The translations under genes were made by a program, and so were the position numbers. Positions 40,681 through 51,283 of a DNA stretch of 64,000 nt are shown here, in pieces. The first letter of the stretch is position 1. Each line of letters starts with the position of its first letter. Where the stretch lies: positions 2,752,001 through 2,816,000 of the forward strand of contig OY970223.1 in assembly GCA_963714015.1 (NCBI GenBank), read 5' to 3'. Source of the DNA: Vulcanimicrobiota bacterium. Lineage in GTDB: Bacteria; Vulcanimicrobiota; Vulcanimicrobiia; Vulcanimicrobiales; Vulcanimicrobiaceae. Below the pieces are notes generated by a model, which saw only the letters and a program-made list of their open reading frames with translations, was not told where the DNA came from and ran no database searches.

Positions 40681-42133
40681 AATAGGCGTTGACCTTTGCC
40701 GGCTCTCCGCATGCGACGCACCGAGATCCCGGCTCTTCCAAGTCGCGGGTGTTGCGCGAGGTCGCGCTCGTTTGAGCCTTCACGTCCGCCTCGCACTCTT
40801 CGCGCGCGCACCACGCGATGTCGATCATTCCCGCGCGCGACCGGCATTTTTCGAAGAACTCCTCGCGATCGCGCACGACGAGCGTGTGCGAAACCAGAAA
40901 TTCGTTGGCCCGCGCGTACATCGACTCGTGAATGCTCTGCAGCAGTTCACGCAGCTTCATACCGAGCTCCGCGAAGCTCGCCGGCGTCTTCGCGCCTTCC
41001 TCGCCCTTCTCTTTATCCCGGCGCACGAGCATCACGCTGCCGTTCTCCAAATCGCGCGGACCGATTTCGATCCGCACCGGAACGCCGCGCATCTCCCATT
41101 CGCTGTATTTCCAGCCCGGCGTTTGATCGCGATCGTCGACGCGCACGCGGAATCCGGCGGCGCGCAGTTCTTTTGCGAGCTCGTGCGACTTCGCGACCGC
41201 GGCAGTATTGCCGCCGCGTACGATTGGAACGAAGACGGCTTCGATCGGCGCAAGGTTAGGCGGAATACGAAGACCGCGATCGTCGCCGTGCGTCATGATG
41301 ACGGCGCCGAGCATACGCCACGACATGCCCCAAGAGGTTGTGTATACGTGCTTGATTTGCTGATCGCTGTCCGCAAACGTGATGTCGTACGCTTTGCTAA
41401 AGTTCTGGCCCAGATCGTGCGAGGTCGCAGACTGCAGCGCTTTGCCGTCCGGCATTAGGGCCTCAATCGAATAGGTCTCAACCGCACCCGGGAATCGTTC
41501 GTTGGCGCTTTTGGCTCCCGAATAGACCGGAACAGCCGCGACGCTGCGAGCGAAATCTTCATAGACGCCGAGCATCTGCAGCGTCTCTTCGCGCGCTTCC
41601 TTTGCGGAGGCGTGGGCCGTGTGGCCTTCCTGCCAGAGGAATTCCATCGTGCGCAAAAAGGGCCGCGTCGCCTTCTCCCAGCGCAGCACGTTGACCCACT
41701 GATTGATCAGCACCGGCAGATCGCGATAGGACTGAATCCACTTAGCGTACATGACGCCGATGATCACTTCGGACGTCGGGCGAATCGCCAACCGCTCTTC
41801 GAGTTTTTCCTGACCGCCTTCGGTGACCCACGCAACTTCCGGCGCAAAGCCTTCGACGTGCTGCGCTTCCTTAGTAAGTAAACTCTCGGGTATCAGGAGC
41901 GGAAAATAGGCGTTCTCGTGGCCGGTCGCTTTGAAGCGCTCATCCAGATGCTTTTGGAGATTCTCCCACATGCCGAAGCCGTGCGGACGCAGCACCACGC
42001 AGCCGCGCACTGGCGAATACGAAATCAGTTCCGCCTTCAGGCAAACAGCGGTATACCACGCAGAGAGGTCGGCCGCCTTAGGCGGAATCTCTTTGACCAG
42101 CGGTTCTTGAGAATCTTGGGGTTCTTCGGCCAT
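40664..42133 (-). CDS. proS: Proline--tRNA ligase, archaeal/eukaryotic type
   Basis: HVEGFAPE, RPTSE, FLRTMEFLWQEGHT, SHDLGQNF, C-terminal CxxC and FAQSY. Confidence 0.96.
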   Translation of the reverse strand: MAEEPQDSQEPLVKEIPPKAADLSAWYTAVCLKAELISYSPVRGCVVLRPHGFGMWENLQKHLDERFKATGHENAYFPLLIPESLLTKEAQHVEGFAPEVAWVTEGGQEKLEERLAIRPTSEVIIGVMYAKWIQSYRDLPVLINQWVNVLRWEKATRPFLRTMEFLWQEGHTAHASAKEAREETLQMLGVYEDFARSVAAVPVYSGAKSANERFPGAVETYSIEALMPDGKALQSATSHDLGQNFSKAYDITFADSDQQIKHVYTTSWGMSWRMLGAVIMTHGDDRGLRIPPNLAPIEAVFVPIVRGGNTAAVAKSHELAKELRAAGFRVRVDDRDQTPGWKYSEWEMRGVPVRIEIGPRDLENGSVMLVRRDKEKGEEGAKTPASFAELGMKLRELLQSIHESMYARANEFLVSHTLVVRDREEFFEKCRSRAGMIDIAWCAREECEADVKAQTSATSRNTRDLEEPGSRCVACGEPAKVNAYFAQSY

Positions 42134-42171
42134 GACCGGCCCGGTATTCCGAGCGTCGGGGTCAGGTTCCC

Positions 42172-43380
42172 CTAACGCCGTTGCACCGATGCAGCGCCTT
42201 CGGACGGCGTGATTTTGAAGACGAACGTCGAACCGCCCGGCGTCGATATCGAACCCCACACGTTCCCATCGGGGCCGCCAGCGACGGCCGGATAGATCAA
42301 GTACGATTGATCGACGCCGAATCCATAGCCCGCTACGCCGAGAAGCGTACCCGCCGGCGAAATCGAGAGAAATCCATGCGCCGGCACGTCCTGATTGCCT
42401 AATCCGCTCCACGCTCTATCGAAGACGTAGACATTTCCGTCAGGCCCGACTGCAAGCGGAGGAACGAACCACGTGTCTCCACTGACGCAATCGCCGCTGC
42501 ACACGATATTCTGCGGCAAATTCGTGAATGAAACCCCATAGCTGCCTTCGTCGATTGAAACTAATTGCTCCGGGGGTTCCGAAGGAGATACCGCCGTCGA
42601 CCACAAGACGCCGAAAATCTTACTCTCGCCCGCGGCAAAGCCCTGAATTGCGCCGGCCGGATTAGGCGCCGCGTACACTTTGCCGACGACTGGCGAGGCA
42701 GTAGGCATGATCTTGAGAAATCCCGCCGGATTTACCGTAGAAATCAGCAACGCGCCGTCCTTCGGATTGGTGACGATAGCGCTTCCGCCGAAAACGCCAT
42801 GCGATGCCGGAAGTGTCAGGGTTGTCACAACCCTATGCGTCGCCGGTGAAAAGCTAACGAGCGTGCTATCCCCGCGCAAACCAGCGCCGATATACCAAAG
42901 ATTGCCGTCACTGCCCAAAGCGATGGCCAACGCTGCACCATAAGCCGAAGGAATCGGGTAACTGCTGACGTTGCCGTCCGTATCGCTTCGCACCATGAAA
43001 TCGCCGTCGCCGTTGCCCATGGAAAACCAGAGCGCTCCATCCGGACCTGCCACGAGCTGCCCGGACAAAAGACCCTGGCTATTTGGAACGGGATACGCCG
43101 TGTAGTTTCCGCTCGTCGTCAGCTTCGCAAAGGAAAACCCGGCGTAACCGTTCAGAACGAACCACAGATTCCCATCCGGGCCCGAGACCGGTCCGCCGAC
43201 GGCGTACCAATGTCGCGGAAACGGGGTGCTGACCACGGCGCTCAAAGCCGGAACCATCGGCGGCGCCGGCGTGGCCGTGGGAGCCGACGACCGTCCGGCG
43301 GATGGCGTCGAGCCGCCGCCGCAACCAGCGCAAAGCAGCGCAATAAACGCTGCAAGAGACATTAAAACTCGATGTTGCAT
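42172..43380 (-). CDS. Vgb (virginiamycin B lyase)-like beta-propeller lipoprotein
   Basis: CAGCGGG lipobox; repeated GPDGNLWF, GPDGALWF, GSDGNLWY blades. Confidence 0.8.
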   Translation of the reverse strand: MQHRVLMSLAAFIALLCAGCGGGSTPSAGRSSAPTATPAPPMVPALSAVVSTPFPRHWYAVGGPVSGPDGNLWFVLNGYAGFSFAKLTTSGNYTAYPVPNSQGLLSGQLVAGPDGALWFSMGNGDGDFMVRSDTDGNVSSYPIPSAYGAALAIALGSDGNLWYIGAGLRGDSTLVSFSPATHRVVTTLTLPASHGVFGGSAIVTNPKDGALLISTVNPAGFLKIMPTASPVVGKVYAAPNPAGAIQGFAAGESKIFGVLWSTAVSPSEPPEQLVSIDEGSYGVSFTNLPQNIVCSGDCVSGDTWFVPPLAVGPDGNVYVFDRAWSGLGNQDVPAHGFLSISPAGTLLGVAGYGFGVDQSYLIYPAVAGGPDGNVWGSISTPGGSTFVFKITPSEGAASVQRR

Positions 43381-43482
43381 ACACTCCCCGCCGTTTGTGA
43401 AACGGACTTCAACGCAGCGCCGTTGGTCTCCGGTTCACGGCGTGAATAGGGATGAGCAAGCCGTGGATGCGAAAGTTCCCGC

Positions 43483-44088
43483 ATGCCTAAATTGACGCGA
43501 ATCTACACGCGCACCGGCGACGACGGGACCACCGGGCTCGTCGGCGGCGCGCGCGTGAAAAAGAACACGCTGCGCATTGCGAGCTATGGAACCCTTGACG
43601 AACTCTCCAGCCACATCGGCTTGGCGCGGGCCGCGATGCGCGGCCGATCGCAGGACGAGGGCGTTGCGCGGCTCGACGCCTGGCTCGCCTGGACGCAAGA
43701 TGCGCTGTTCAATTTGGGCGCCGAACTGGCAACGCCACACGATAAACGTTGGGAAGCTATGCCTCTGGTCTCGGCCGACGACGCAAAGGTACTCGAACGC
43801 GCTATAGATGAAGCGCAGAGCGATCTGCCGCCGCTTGCGAATTTCATTCATCCCGGCGGATCGACGGCGGGTGCGCATTTACACGTCGCGCGCACGGTGT
43901 GCCGCCGCGCCGAACGCCTGATGATCTCGCTGCGTGATGAAGACCCGGAAATCTCCCTCGATACGGTGCGTTTCGTGAATCGTTTATCCGATGCGCTCTT
44001 CGTTTGGGCTCGTTGGATCAATCACCGGTTCGGCGAACCGGAGCATCTGTGGGACTCGAAATCCTACCCTCCCGACCAGGTTCATTAG
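43483..44088 (+). CDS. PduO-type ATP:cob(I)alamin adenosyltransferase
   Basis: IYTRTGDDGTT, YGTLDELSS, RTVCRRAER, NRLSD. Confidence 0.94.
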   Translation: MPKLTRIYTRTGDDGTTGLVGGARVKKNTLRIASYGTLDELSSHIGLARAAMRGRSQDEGVARLDAWLAWTQDALFNLGAELATPHDKRWEAMPLVSADDAKVLERAIDEAQSDLPPLANFIHPGGSTAGAHLHVARTVCRRAERLMISLRDEDPEISLDTVRFVNRLSDALFVWARWINHRFGEPEHLWDSKSYPPDQVH

Positions 44089-44094
44089 CCAACT

Positions 44095-44655
44095 CTAGTA
44101 CGTCGCGACAGGCGTTTGAATCTGCAGTAGTCCGCTTTGGACGCCGTAGCGAAGCAATGCCGCAACGGTGACCGCGTCGTTGATCTGGCCGGCGGCTGCC
44201 GCTTTCACCGCGACTTCCGCGGGAACGCGGACGAGTTCGATGCTTTCTACGCTCTCGTTTTCGACTTCCACGTGCTCGACGCCATGCGCCAAGAATAACT
44301 CGATCGGCCGATCGATCAAGGAGGGAATCTCATACAGCCGCCCCAGCGGCTGCCAGTGGAGCGCGGTTACGCCGAGCTCTTCGCGCGTTTCGCGCTGAGC
44401 GCATTGTATGGCGTTCTCGCCCTCGTCCGCGCCGCCTTTGACGACCTCCAGCACGTCCGCTTGGGCACCGAAACGCGGTTGACGCGCGAATAGTAAATCA
44501 CTGCCGTCGGCAACGACGACAGCCGAACACGGCGGCGTCACGATCAACAGGTGTTCGCCCTCCACGCCGGTTGGGTGGATTATTTTGTGCGCTTCCACCG
44601 CGAGGTACGGATTGCGGTAGAGTTCGCTTTTGCTCAGGCGCTGGTATCCGGTCAT
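44095..44655 (-). CDS. NUDIX hydrolase (ADP-ribose pyrophosphatase-like)
   Basis: Nudix box GGADEGENAIQCAQRETREELG; INDAVT. Confidence 0.87.
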   Translation of the reverse strand: MTGYQRLSKSELYRNPYLAVEAHKIIHPTGVEGEHLLIVTPPCSAVVVADGSDLLFARQPRFGAQADVLEVVKGGADEGENAIQCAQRETREELGVTALHWQPLGRLYEIPSLIDRPIELFLAHGVEHVEVENESVESIELVRVPAEVAVKAAAAGQINDAVTVAALLRYGVQSGLLQIQTPVATY

Positions 44656-44710
44656 GACGCGGAAGACTTCGGGTAGGGCGCCCCGCGCTCTTGCGCGAAC
44701 GCCGGGCGGG

Positions 44711-46237
44711 ATGTCCATAGCCGACCGCCTCTTTGCCACGACTAACGTCGACAAGCTCCGAGCGCTTTCCCAGCAAAAGATTCTGCGCCGGGCTTTGACC
44801 GCCAAAGACCTGATCGCCATCGGCCTGGGCACCATGATCGGCGGCGGCATCTTCACCACCATTGGAACCGGCGTAAAAGGCGCCGGTCCTGCGGTCATCG
44901 TCTCGTACTTGCTGGCCGGCGTAACGTCGTTTTTTGCCGCCCTGTGCTATGCGGAGCTCGGCGCGATGGTGCCGATTGCGGGCAGCGCTTACACATACGC
45001 TTACGCGACGCTGGGCAAACTCTTTGCTTGGATCATCGGCTTTGCGCTGATCTTCGAGTACGGCATCAGCGCCGCGCCGGTCGCGCAGCAGTTCTCTGCG
45101 GCAATTCAGGATGTGCTCAAGACGGTCGGCATCGTGCTGCCAGTGTGGGCGCAGCAGTCGAATTTGGTGTTTCACGGCGCGTGGTGGATTCCGACGAACT
45201 GGGACCTAGCACATTCGCAAGGCGATTTCATCGCCTCGCTTTTCGTCATCGGTCTAAGCCTTCTGCTCAGCGTCGGAATCCGTGAAACGGCGACGACGAA
45301 CAACGTTTTCGTCGTGCTTAAAATCTCGGCGCTGCTGGTGTTCATCATTGCCGGCGTTTGGCTCTTTCACGGGGATCACTTTGCGACGTTCTCGCCATAC
45401 GGCTGGGGCGCGCTCAGACCGTTCGGCGGTATGGCGGACTACTCGTCCTCACTGCAGCCGTACGGCATCATCGCGATCGGCGCGTTCGTCTTCTTCAGCT
45501 ATATCGGTTTCGACACCGCCACGACGACTGCCGAGGAATGCAAGAATCCCAAGGTTGACGTTCCCGTCGGCGTCATCGGCGCTCTCGCCATCGGGACAGT
45601 CATTTACTGCGCGACGGCCGTCGTGCTGATTGGCGCCGTGCCATGGAACCAAGTGCCGATCAAAGATCCGCTCGTCTATGCGCTCGCGCCGCTTCACCTG
45701 CCGTTCCTAAGCGCGATCATCACGATCGGCGTTCTTGCCGGAACCACGAGTGTTGCGCTGGCTTCACTGCTCGGGCAAACGCGCATCTTCTACGTGATGG
45801 CGCGCGACAAGATGCTGCCGCCGGCCGTTGCCAAAGTTCACCCGCGGTTTAAAACGCCGGTGATTACGACCATGCTGACGGGAGTCGCCGTAGCCCTTCT
45901 GGCGCTGATCGTCCCGCTGACGCAGTTGCTGAATCTGGTCAACATCGGAACGCTCATCGCGTTCACGGTCGTCTGCGCCGGCGTGTTGTATCTGCGCAAG
46001 CATCGTCCGGAGATTCCCCGCAGCTTCAGGGTGCCGTTCGTTCCGCTCTTTCCGATTTTAGGGATCGTTTTCTCGCTGTTCCTCGCGATCTTCGGACTTT
46101 CGCGCACCACCTGGACATGGTTCGCCATCGCACTGGTGGTGGGTCTCATCTTCTTTTTCTCGTACGGATACCATAAGTCGGACCCCGAGCGAATCGAGCC
46201 GGTGATCGAACCGGAAGCCCTTCAGGAATTTGTTTAG
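44711..46237 (+). CDS. APC family amino acid permease
   Basis: IGGGIF, CYAELG, GSAYTYAY, YIGFD, MARD, NIGTL. Confidence 0.93.
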   Translation: MSIADRLFATTNVDKLRALSQQKILRRALTAKDLIAIGLGTMIGGGIFTTIGTGVKGAGPAVIVSYLLAGVTSFFAALCYAELGAMVPIAGSAYTYAYATLGKLFAWIIGFALIFEYGISAAPVAQQFSAAIQDVLKTVGIVLPVWAQQSNLVFHGAWWIPTNWDLAHSQGDFIASLFVIGLSLLLSVGIRETATTNNVFVVLKISALLVFIIAGVWLFHGDHFATFSPYGWGALRPFGGMADYSSSLQPYGIIAIGAFVFFSYIGFDTATTTAEECKNPKVDVPVGVIGALAIGTVIYCATAVVLIGAVPWNQVPIKDPLVYALAPLHLPFLSAIITIGVLAGTTSVALASLLGQTRIFYVMARDKMLPPAVAKVHPRFKTPVITTMLTGVAVALLALIVPLTQLLNLVNIGTLIAFTVVCAGVLYLRKHRPEIPRSFRVPFVPLFPILGIVFSLFLAIFGLSRTTWTWFAIALVVGLIFFFSYGYHKSDPERIEPVIEPEALQEFV

Positions 46238-46292
46238 GGCTTCGTTCTCCAAACTGAGGCGCCCTCAATTCGGAGAAATGCGGCGATCGCCC

Positions 46293-46531
46293 TTAGCTTT
46301 CGGGACGCTGCCGTTGTTGTGCGAAGATCATGAACGCCAACGCTCCCAGAGTAGGGTCAGCGGCACAGCGAGCCAAAGCCAGCGGGCGGCCGGAGGCGAT
46401 TCATCGCCAAAATGCAGACGCTCCCGCGCGCAGTGGTCGTGCTGCGGATCGCCTTCGACGAAAATATTCCGGTGTTTGGGGCAATGCCCGTTCAGGCAGG
46501 TGTAGTATACGGTCGTCGTTGCTTGCTCCAT
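46293..46531 (-). CDS. Small membrane-anchored protein with Cys/His cluster (frameshift near 46350)
   Basis: YTCLNGHCPKH...HDHC followed by a TM helix that continues LGALAFMIFAQQRQRPES* in a shifted frame. Confidence 0.55.
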
Positions 46532-46549
46532 GCAACGACTGTACCCGCG

Positions 46550-47023
46550 TTACTGAGCTTCGAACTGGGCAGGCGATGCTTCCGAGACGCCGGGCGTATT
46601 GACGTCAACCCGCGCCGTAAGTTTGTCGAAGCGCACACGCACGCCGAAGACCTGCTGCACCGAATGCAGGCTCACCATCACACGGCCGCGCACGCGGAAG
46701 GGCGCGTGCTTTAGCGTCACCGGCATGCCGTTGAGCTTGGCGTGCGTCGAGCCGACGTGGAAGCGAACGACCTGATCGCCGCGCGTCACGATGACGTCAC
46801 CGGACTTGCGCTCGTAATGCGTCTCGGCGCCGAGCGCATCGCCCACGGGGCGCAGCGGGACGAAGACGCCTTTTGACGTGGAAACCGGGGGAACGTCGCT
46901 AAGAACCGGCTGCCCGTCCACTCGGACCTCGACCGGCTTGGAATAGCTGAACGCCAGCGACCCCAGCAGCGCCAGGACCGTGGTGGCGATGAACGTCGCC
47001 CTAGACGGCGGTTGATATCTCAT
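46550..47023 (-). CDS. Copper amine oxidase N-terminal (stalk) domain protein
   Basis: VFVPLRPVGDALGA, AKLNG...APFRVRGRVMV. Confidence 0.82.
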   Translation of the reverse strand: MRYQPPSRATFIATTVLALLGSLAFSYSKPVEVRVDGQPVLSDVPPVSTSKGVFVPLRPVGDALGAETHYERKSGDVIVTRGDQVVRFHVGSTHAKLNGMPVTLKHAPFRVRGRVMVSLHSVQQVFGVRVRFDKLTARVDVNTPGVSEASPAQFEAQ

Positions 47024-48143
47024 GAACGTAGTCGGGATATTTTTCGGCAATCACTTTTTCGATCTCCAGCCGCAGGGCACCCAGAAGCTGCTCCTCGGGG
47101 AACGTTCCTACGAGCTCGCCAGCGCGGTAGATGGCTCCTTTGCCCTTCCCACCGGCAACACCGACGTCGGCCATCTTGGACTCGCCCGGACCGTTTACCA
47201 CACATCCCATCACGGCAACCTTGACGGGGGCTGAGTACTCTTTGGCAATTGCTTCCACGCTGCGCCCCAGCTCCAGGACGCTGATCTCGGCGCGGCCGCA
47301 CGAGGGACACGCGGTAATCTCAAAGCCCTTCTCGCGCAGGCCGAGCGACTTGAGAATCGACCAGCAGACCGGGACTTCTTCGATGGGGTCGGCCGCGAGC
47401 GAGACGCGGATGGTATCGCCGATGCCTTCCCACAGCAGCAGGCCCAGGCCGATGGACGATTTAATCGTGCCGTCCCGAAGCAGGCCCGCCTCCGTGATGC
47501 CCAAGTGCAACGCATACGGCGTCTCACGGTCGCGCAAGCGCTTGTCCATCAGCCGGTACGCGGCGACGGTCGTGCGCACGTCGTGCGCTTTCAACGAGAT
47601 GATGATATCGGTGTGATTCAAACCCTCGAGAATCTCGACATGGCGCATCGCCGACTCGACCATCGCCTCGGGCGTATGGCCCAGCGTTTTTTCAAGATCC
47701 GGCGCAAGGGAACCCATGTTCACCCCGATGCGAATCGGAATGCTCTTGGCCTTTGCCGCTTCGACGACTTCAGCGGTCTTTTTCGGATCGCGGATGTTTC
47801 CCGGGTTCAAGCGCAGCTTGGCAACGCCGGCTTCGATAGCCGCCAGCGCCATGCGATGATCGAAATGAATGTCGGCCACGATCGGCACCGGTGAGCGGTA
47901 CACGATCGCCGGCATTGCCGCCGCATCCGGCGGATCCTTGACCGTGACGCGCACGACTTCGGCGCCTTCCATCGCGAGCCCGTAGATTTGCGCCAGCGTC
48001 GCATCGGCGTCCGCAGTGTCCGTCGTCGTCATCGTCTGCACGACGACCGGATGATCGCCGCCGATCCAAACGCCCTTTGCGTCGGCCTTTCCCGTCTTAT
48101 TTTGCAGAAAAACGGGTTTGCTTTTCCTACGCAGGCTTATCAA
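47001..48143 (-). CDS. ispG: (E)-4-hydroxy-3-methylbut-2-enyl-diphosphate synthase
   Basis: VADIHFD, RLNPGN, RIGVNMGS, LHLGITEAG, CPSCGR, MGCVVNGPGE. Confidence 0.96.
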   Translation of the reverse strand: MISLRRKSKPVFLQNKTGKADAKGVWIGGDHPVVVQTMTTTDTADADATLAQIYGLAMEGAEVVRVTVKDPPDAAAMPAIVYRSPVPIVADIHFDHRMALAAIEAGVAKLRLNPGNIRDPKKTAEVVEAAKAKSIPIRIGVNMGSLAPDLEKTLGHTPEAMVESAMRHVEILEGLNHTDIIISLKAHDVRTTVAAYRLMDKRLRDRETPYALHLGITEAGLLRDGTIKSSIGLGLLLWEGIGDTIRVSLAADPIEEVPVCWSILKSLGLREKGFEITACPSCGRAEISVLELGRSVEAIAKEYSAPVKVAVMGCVVNGPGESKMADVGVAGGKGKGAIYRAGELVGTFPEEQLLGALRLEIEKVIAEKYPDYVHEISTAV

Positions 48144-49288
48144 AAGGGCCCCTTTCCTTCGACGATCTGGACGACGTTGTTCAGATTGATCACGAGCATT
48201 AAAGCAATCAGCACGGCAAAGCCGGTAACGTGCACCCAGGCTTCTTTCTCCGGATCGACGGGTTTTCCGCGTATGAGTTCGGCGATAATGAATGCTGCAC
48301 GTCCGCCGTCGAGCGCCGGAATCGGCAGCAGGTTGAAGATGCCCAGCGCGAACGAAATCAGCGCCGCAAACTGCAGGTAATAACCCCAGCCCCAATCCTG
48401 CAGCGTGATCGCCGCCTGACCCAGACCAACCACGCCCGAGAGCTGCCCGCCGTATTTGGCCGGGTGGCTGAAAATCATGGCAAGTTGCCCGAGCGTGCTC
48501 TCCGCGATCCCCGCGAATCCCGCGGCGCTGAGCTTGACCGCTTGCACGAACGGAACGTGTTTGTATTGGGCGACGGGAATGAATCCGATGCAGCCTTCGT
48601 TGCGCTGCGGCGCCGGACAGGCCCCCGGCGTAACCTTGATCCGGTGCGAAATGCCGCCGCGCAGGAAATCGATCGTCAGCCGTTTGCCCCGCGAATGATG
48701 AATGAAGTCGACGAGTTCGGTGCCGCCACTTACGGGCTTGCCGTCGATGGCGACGATCCTATCGTCGAGCTTCAATCCGGCGTGCGAGGCCGGTGAATTT
48801 GGTTCGATGTAACTGATGAGCGGTTGCGGTTGATCGCTCGCAACGCCGAACGCCAGCGCGCTCACGAGCAGAATGACGAAGGTCAAGATGAAGTTGGCGA
48901 TCGGTCCCGCGAGGACGATTGCCAGACGCGGCCATGCGCCTTTGGCCTGAAAGTTGTCCTCGTCGTATTCACGCCCGTTAACCGTTACGACGGAGCGGTA
49001 CTCACGCTGCTGCTCGGCCTCGGAAACCTTGTTGTCCTCGCCGTGCATCGCGCAGTAGCCGCCGATGGGCAGCAGCCGGAGCGAATACAGTGTGCCGCTG
49101 CGTTTGCTGCGCCGCCCGAAAAGCAGGGGACCCATGCCGACGGCAAACTCCAGCACGCGCACCTTGTTCAACCGCGCCAGCAGAAAATGTCCGTATTCGT
49201 GCAACACGACGAGCACGGACAACATCACCAGAAAGAGCAGAACCTTCCAGACGTTCGCGATGGCTATGACTGCCAGAAATGGGACCAC
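48140..49288 (-). CDS. rseP: RIP metalloprotease (M50) with PDZ domain
   Basis: HEYGH, PIGGYC, AGPIAN, NLLPIPALDGG; dxr-rseP-ispG synteny. Confidence 0.92.
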   Translation of the reverse strand: MVPFLAVIAIANVWKVLLFLVMLSVLVVLHEYGHFLLARLNKVRVLEFAVGMGPLLFGRRSKRSGTLYSLRLLPIGGYCAMHGEDNKVSEAEQQREYRSVVTVNGREYDEDNFQAKGAWPRLAIVLAGPIANFILTFVILLVSALAFGVASDQPQPLISYIEPNSPASHAGLKLDDRIVAIDGKPVSGGTELVDFIHHSRGKRLTIDFLRGGISHRIKVTPGACPAPQRNEGCIGFIPVAQYKHVPFVQAVKLSAAGFAGIAESTLGQLAMIFSHPAKYGGQLSGVVGLGQAAITLQDWGWGYYLQFAALISFALGIFNLLPIPALDGGRAAFIIAELIRGKPVDPEKEAWVHVTGFAVLIALMLVINLNNVVQIVEGKGPF

Positions 49289-50441
49289 TTACACCTCAAT
49301 GCTGCGGGAAAGCCGGCTTATCACTTCACGCGCATCCTCGCGCGCTTGGCGGTCCGCTCGCCGAACCCCGCCCAGACTGAGTTCCTCGCGGGTACTGCGC
49401 GACATCGCGTACTCGATGACCGCCGGCACTCCGCCGAAACGTATCTCTCCATCTACAAACGCTGCCACGGCAACCTCGTTTGCGGCTGAGAGAACCGCCG
49501 GCATCGTGCCGCCCGCCCGGAGGGCTTCGTAAGCAAGCTCGACGCAAGGAAACCGTTCGGGGTCGGGCCGCTCGAAGTCGTACCGGATCGCCTTCGCTTC
49601 CGAATGAGCCCCCACGGCGACGAGGGGGTCCGCCATTGCCTCCGGTCCCGCCGGTGTCGCCGGCAGCCGATCCGGATATGCCAAAGCATATCCGATGGGC
49701 AGCCGCATATCGGGCGCCGCGGCTTGAATCTTTACACTCCCGTCGGTGAAGACGACCAGACCATGTGCGATTGACTGCGGATGGACCAGAATCCGCACCC
49801 GATCCGCGGGCATCGAGAACAGCCGGCTGGCTTCGATGACTTCCAAGCCTTTGTTCATCATACTGGCGGAATCCACCGTGTTCTTGATACCCATCCGCCA
49901 GGTCGGATGCGCGAGCGCAGCATCGAGCGAAGCGTCGTCGATCTCACGTTTGGTCTTGCGCCAAAACGGTCCGCCGGACGCCGTGAGAATAATCGAAGCG
50001 ACGCGGTCCGGCCGCTCGCCAATCAAACATTGAAAGACGGCCGAGTGCTCGGAGTCCACCGGTAAAACGAGCGAACCGCTGCGCGCAGCAGCGGCAAGCA
50101 GCAGCTCACCCGCGGCGACGATCAGCTCTTTTGTTTGCCACGGCAATATTCGTGCCGCGTTCCACGGCGGCGAAGATTGCATCGAACGACACAAAGCCGT
50201 CCGTTGCAGCTAGGACGACGTCCGGTTTCGAGTCGACGGCAACGCGAAGCAGCCCTTGAGGTCCATCGGCGGCGTCGGCAATAACGGGAACGCCGAATCG
50301 CTGCGCCTGCTCGCGCAAACGCTCGACTTGTCTGCCGGCGGCCAAGCCGACGACTTCAAAACGATCGGGATGGCGCGCGATAACGTCGAGCGCCTGCGTT
50401 CCGATGGAACCGGTGCTGCCGAGAATCGCCACGCGCTTCAC
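49289..50441 (-). CDS. dxr: 1-deoxy-D-xylulose-5-phosphate reductoisomerase (frameshift at the T4 run 50129-50132)
   Basis: ILGSTGSIGTQ, ANK/E, PVDSEH, TASGG, HPTWRMG, NKGLE. Confidence 0.94.
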
Positions 50442-51283
50442 GTCGGAAATCCCAAGAGTCCAATGACATGCAGCAAACCAAAAAACGCCATGCCGCCAAA
50501 GAGATAAGAGTCGAAGCGGTCCAAGACGCCCCCGTGGCCTTGGATGACCGTGCCGGTGTCTTTTACGCCCGCGTCGCGCTTCAAAGCCGATTCCGCTAAG
50601 TCGCCGGCTTGCGCTGCCAAACATGTCACTGCGCCGAGCGCCGCACCCTGCCACCAACTGATGCCCAGTTGCGGAATCGAGGCGGCAGCCGCACCGATCG
50701 CGGCCACGACGAAGAATGCCGAAAGCGAGCCTTCAATCGTCTTCTTCGGCGAGATCTTCGTAAGCTGGTGTCTTCCGTAAACCGATCCGGTGAGCATAGC
50801 GGAGATGTCCGTCATCGCAATGAGCACGATTACGAAGAGCGTCCAATACATTCCGAATAGCGGCACGTCACGGATCAGCACGAAGTACGTGAGCAGTTTG
50901 CCGATGTAGAGCACTGCAAGCAGCGTGTAAGCCGTCCGCGCGAAGTAGCCTTTCTGCTCCCCGTACATGCCGAGCCAGAACGCAGCGAAAACGATGCCGG
51001 CGAGCAGTACGCCTTCCCATTTTGGCAGCAGATGGAAGATTGCAAGAAAGACGTAGGCCAGAACGCCCACCGCGGCGACTTGATACTCCAGCGGCTGACC
51101 TTTGATGTCGCATAGGCGCGAGAGCTCGTAGAGCATCACGCTTCCCACGATGATCAGCAGCGCGTAGAAGCCGGGCGCCCAAAGCACGCAGCTCAGCCCG
51201 ACCGCGGCAAGCGCCAGACCGGCGAGGACCCGCCGCATCGTGATGGGGCTCGCCGGCGCAGCGAGGGCCGGCGACGCCGTCAC
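50438..51283 (-). CDS. cdsA: Phosphatidate cytidylyltransferase
   Basis: ISPKKTIEG, GDLAES-KRDAGVKD, GHGGVLDRFDS; GTG overlaps the corrected uppS stop. Confidence 0.92.
   Translation of the reverse strand: MTASPALAAPASPITMRRVLAGLALAAVGLSCVLWAPGFYALLIIVGSVMLYELSRLCDIKGQPLEYQVAAVGVLAYVFLAIFHLLPKWEGVLLAGIVFAAFWLGMYGEQKGYFARTAYTLLAVLYIGKLLTYFVLIRDVPLFGMYWTLFVIVLIAMTDISAMLTGSVYGRHQLTKISPKKTIEGSLSAFFVVAAIGAAAASIPQLGISWWQGAALGAVTCLAAQAGDLAESALKRDAGVKDTGTVIQGHGGVLDRFDSYLFGGMAFFGLLHVIGLLGFPT

Noticed and set aside
42172..43380. Streptogramin resistance gene vgb
   Set aside because: Only the propeller repeat is shared; this is a divergent lipoprotein with no evidence for lyase activity.
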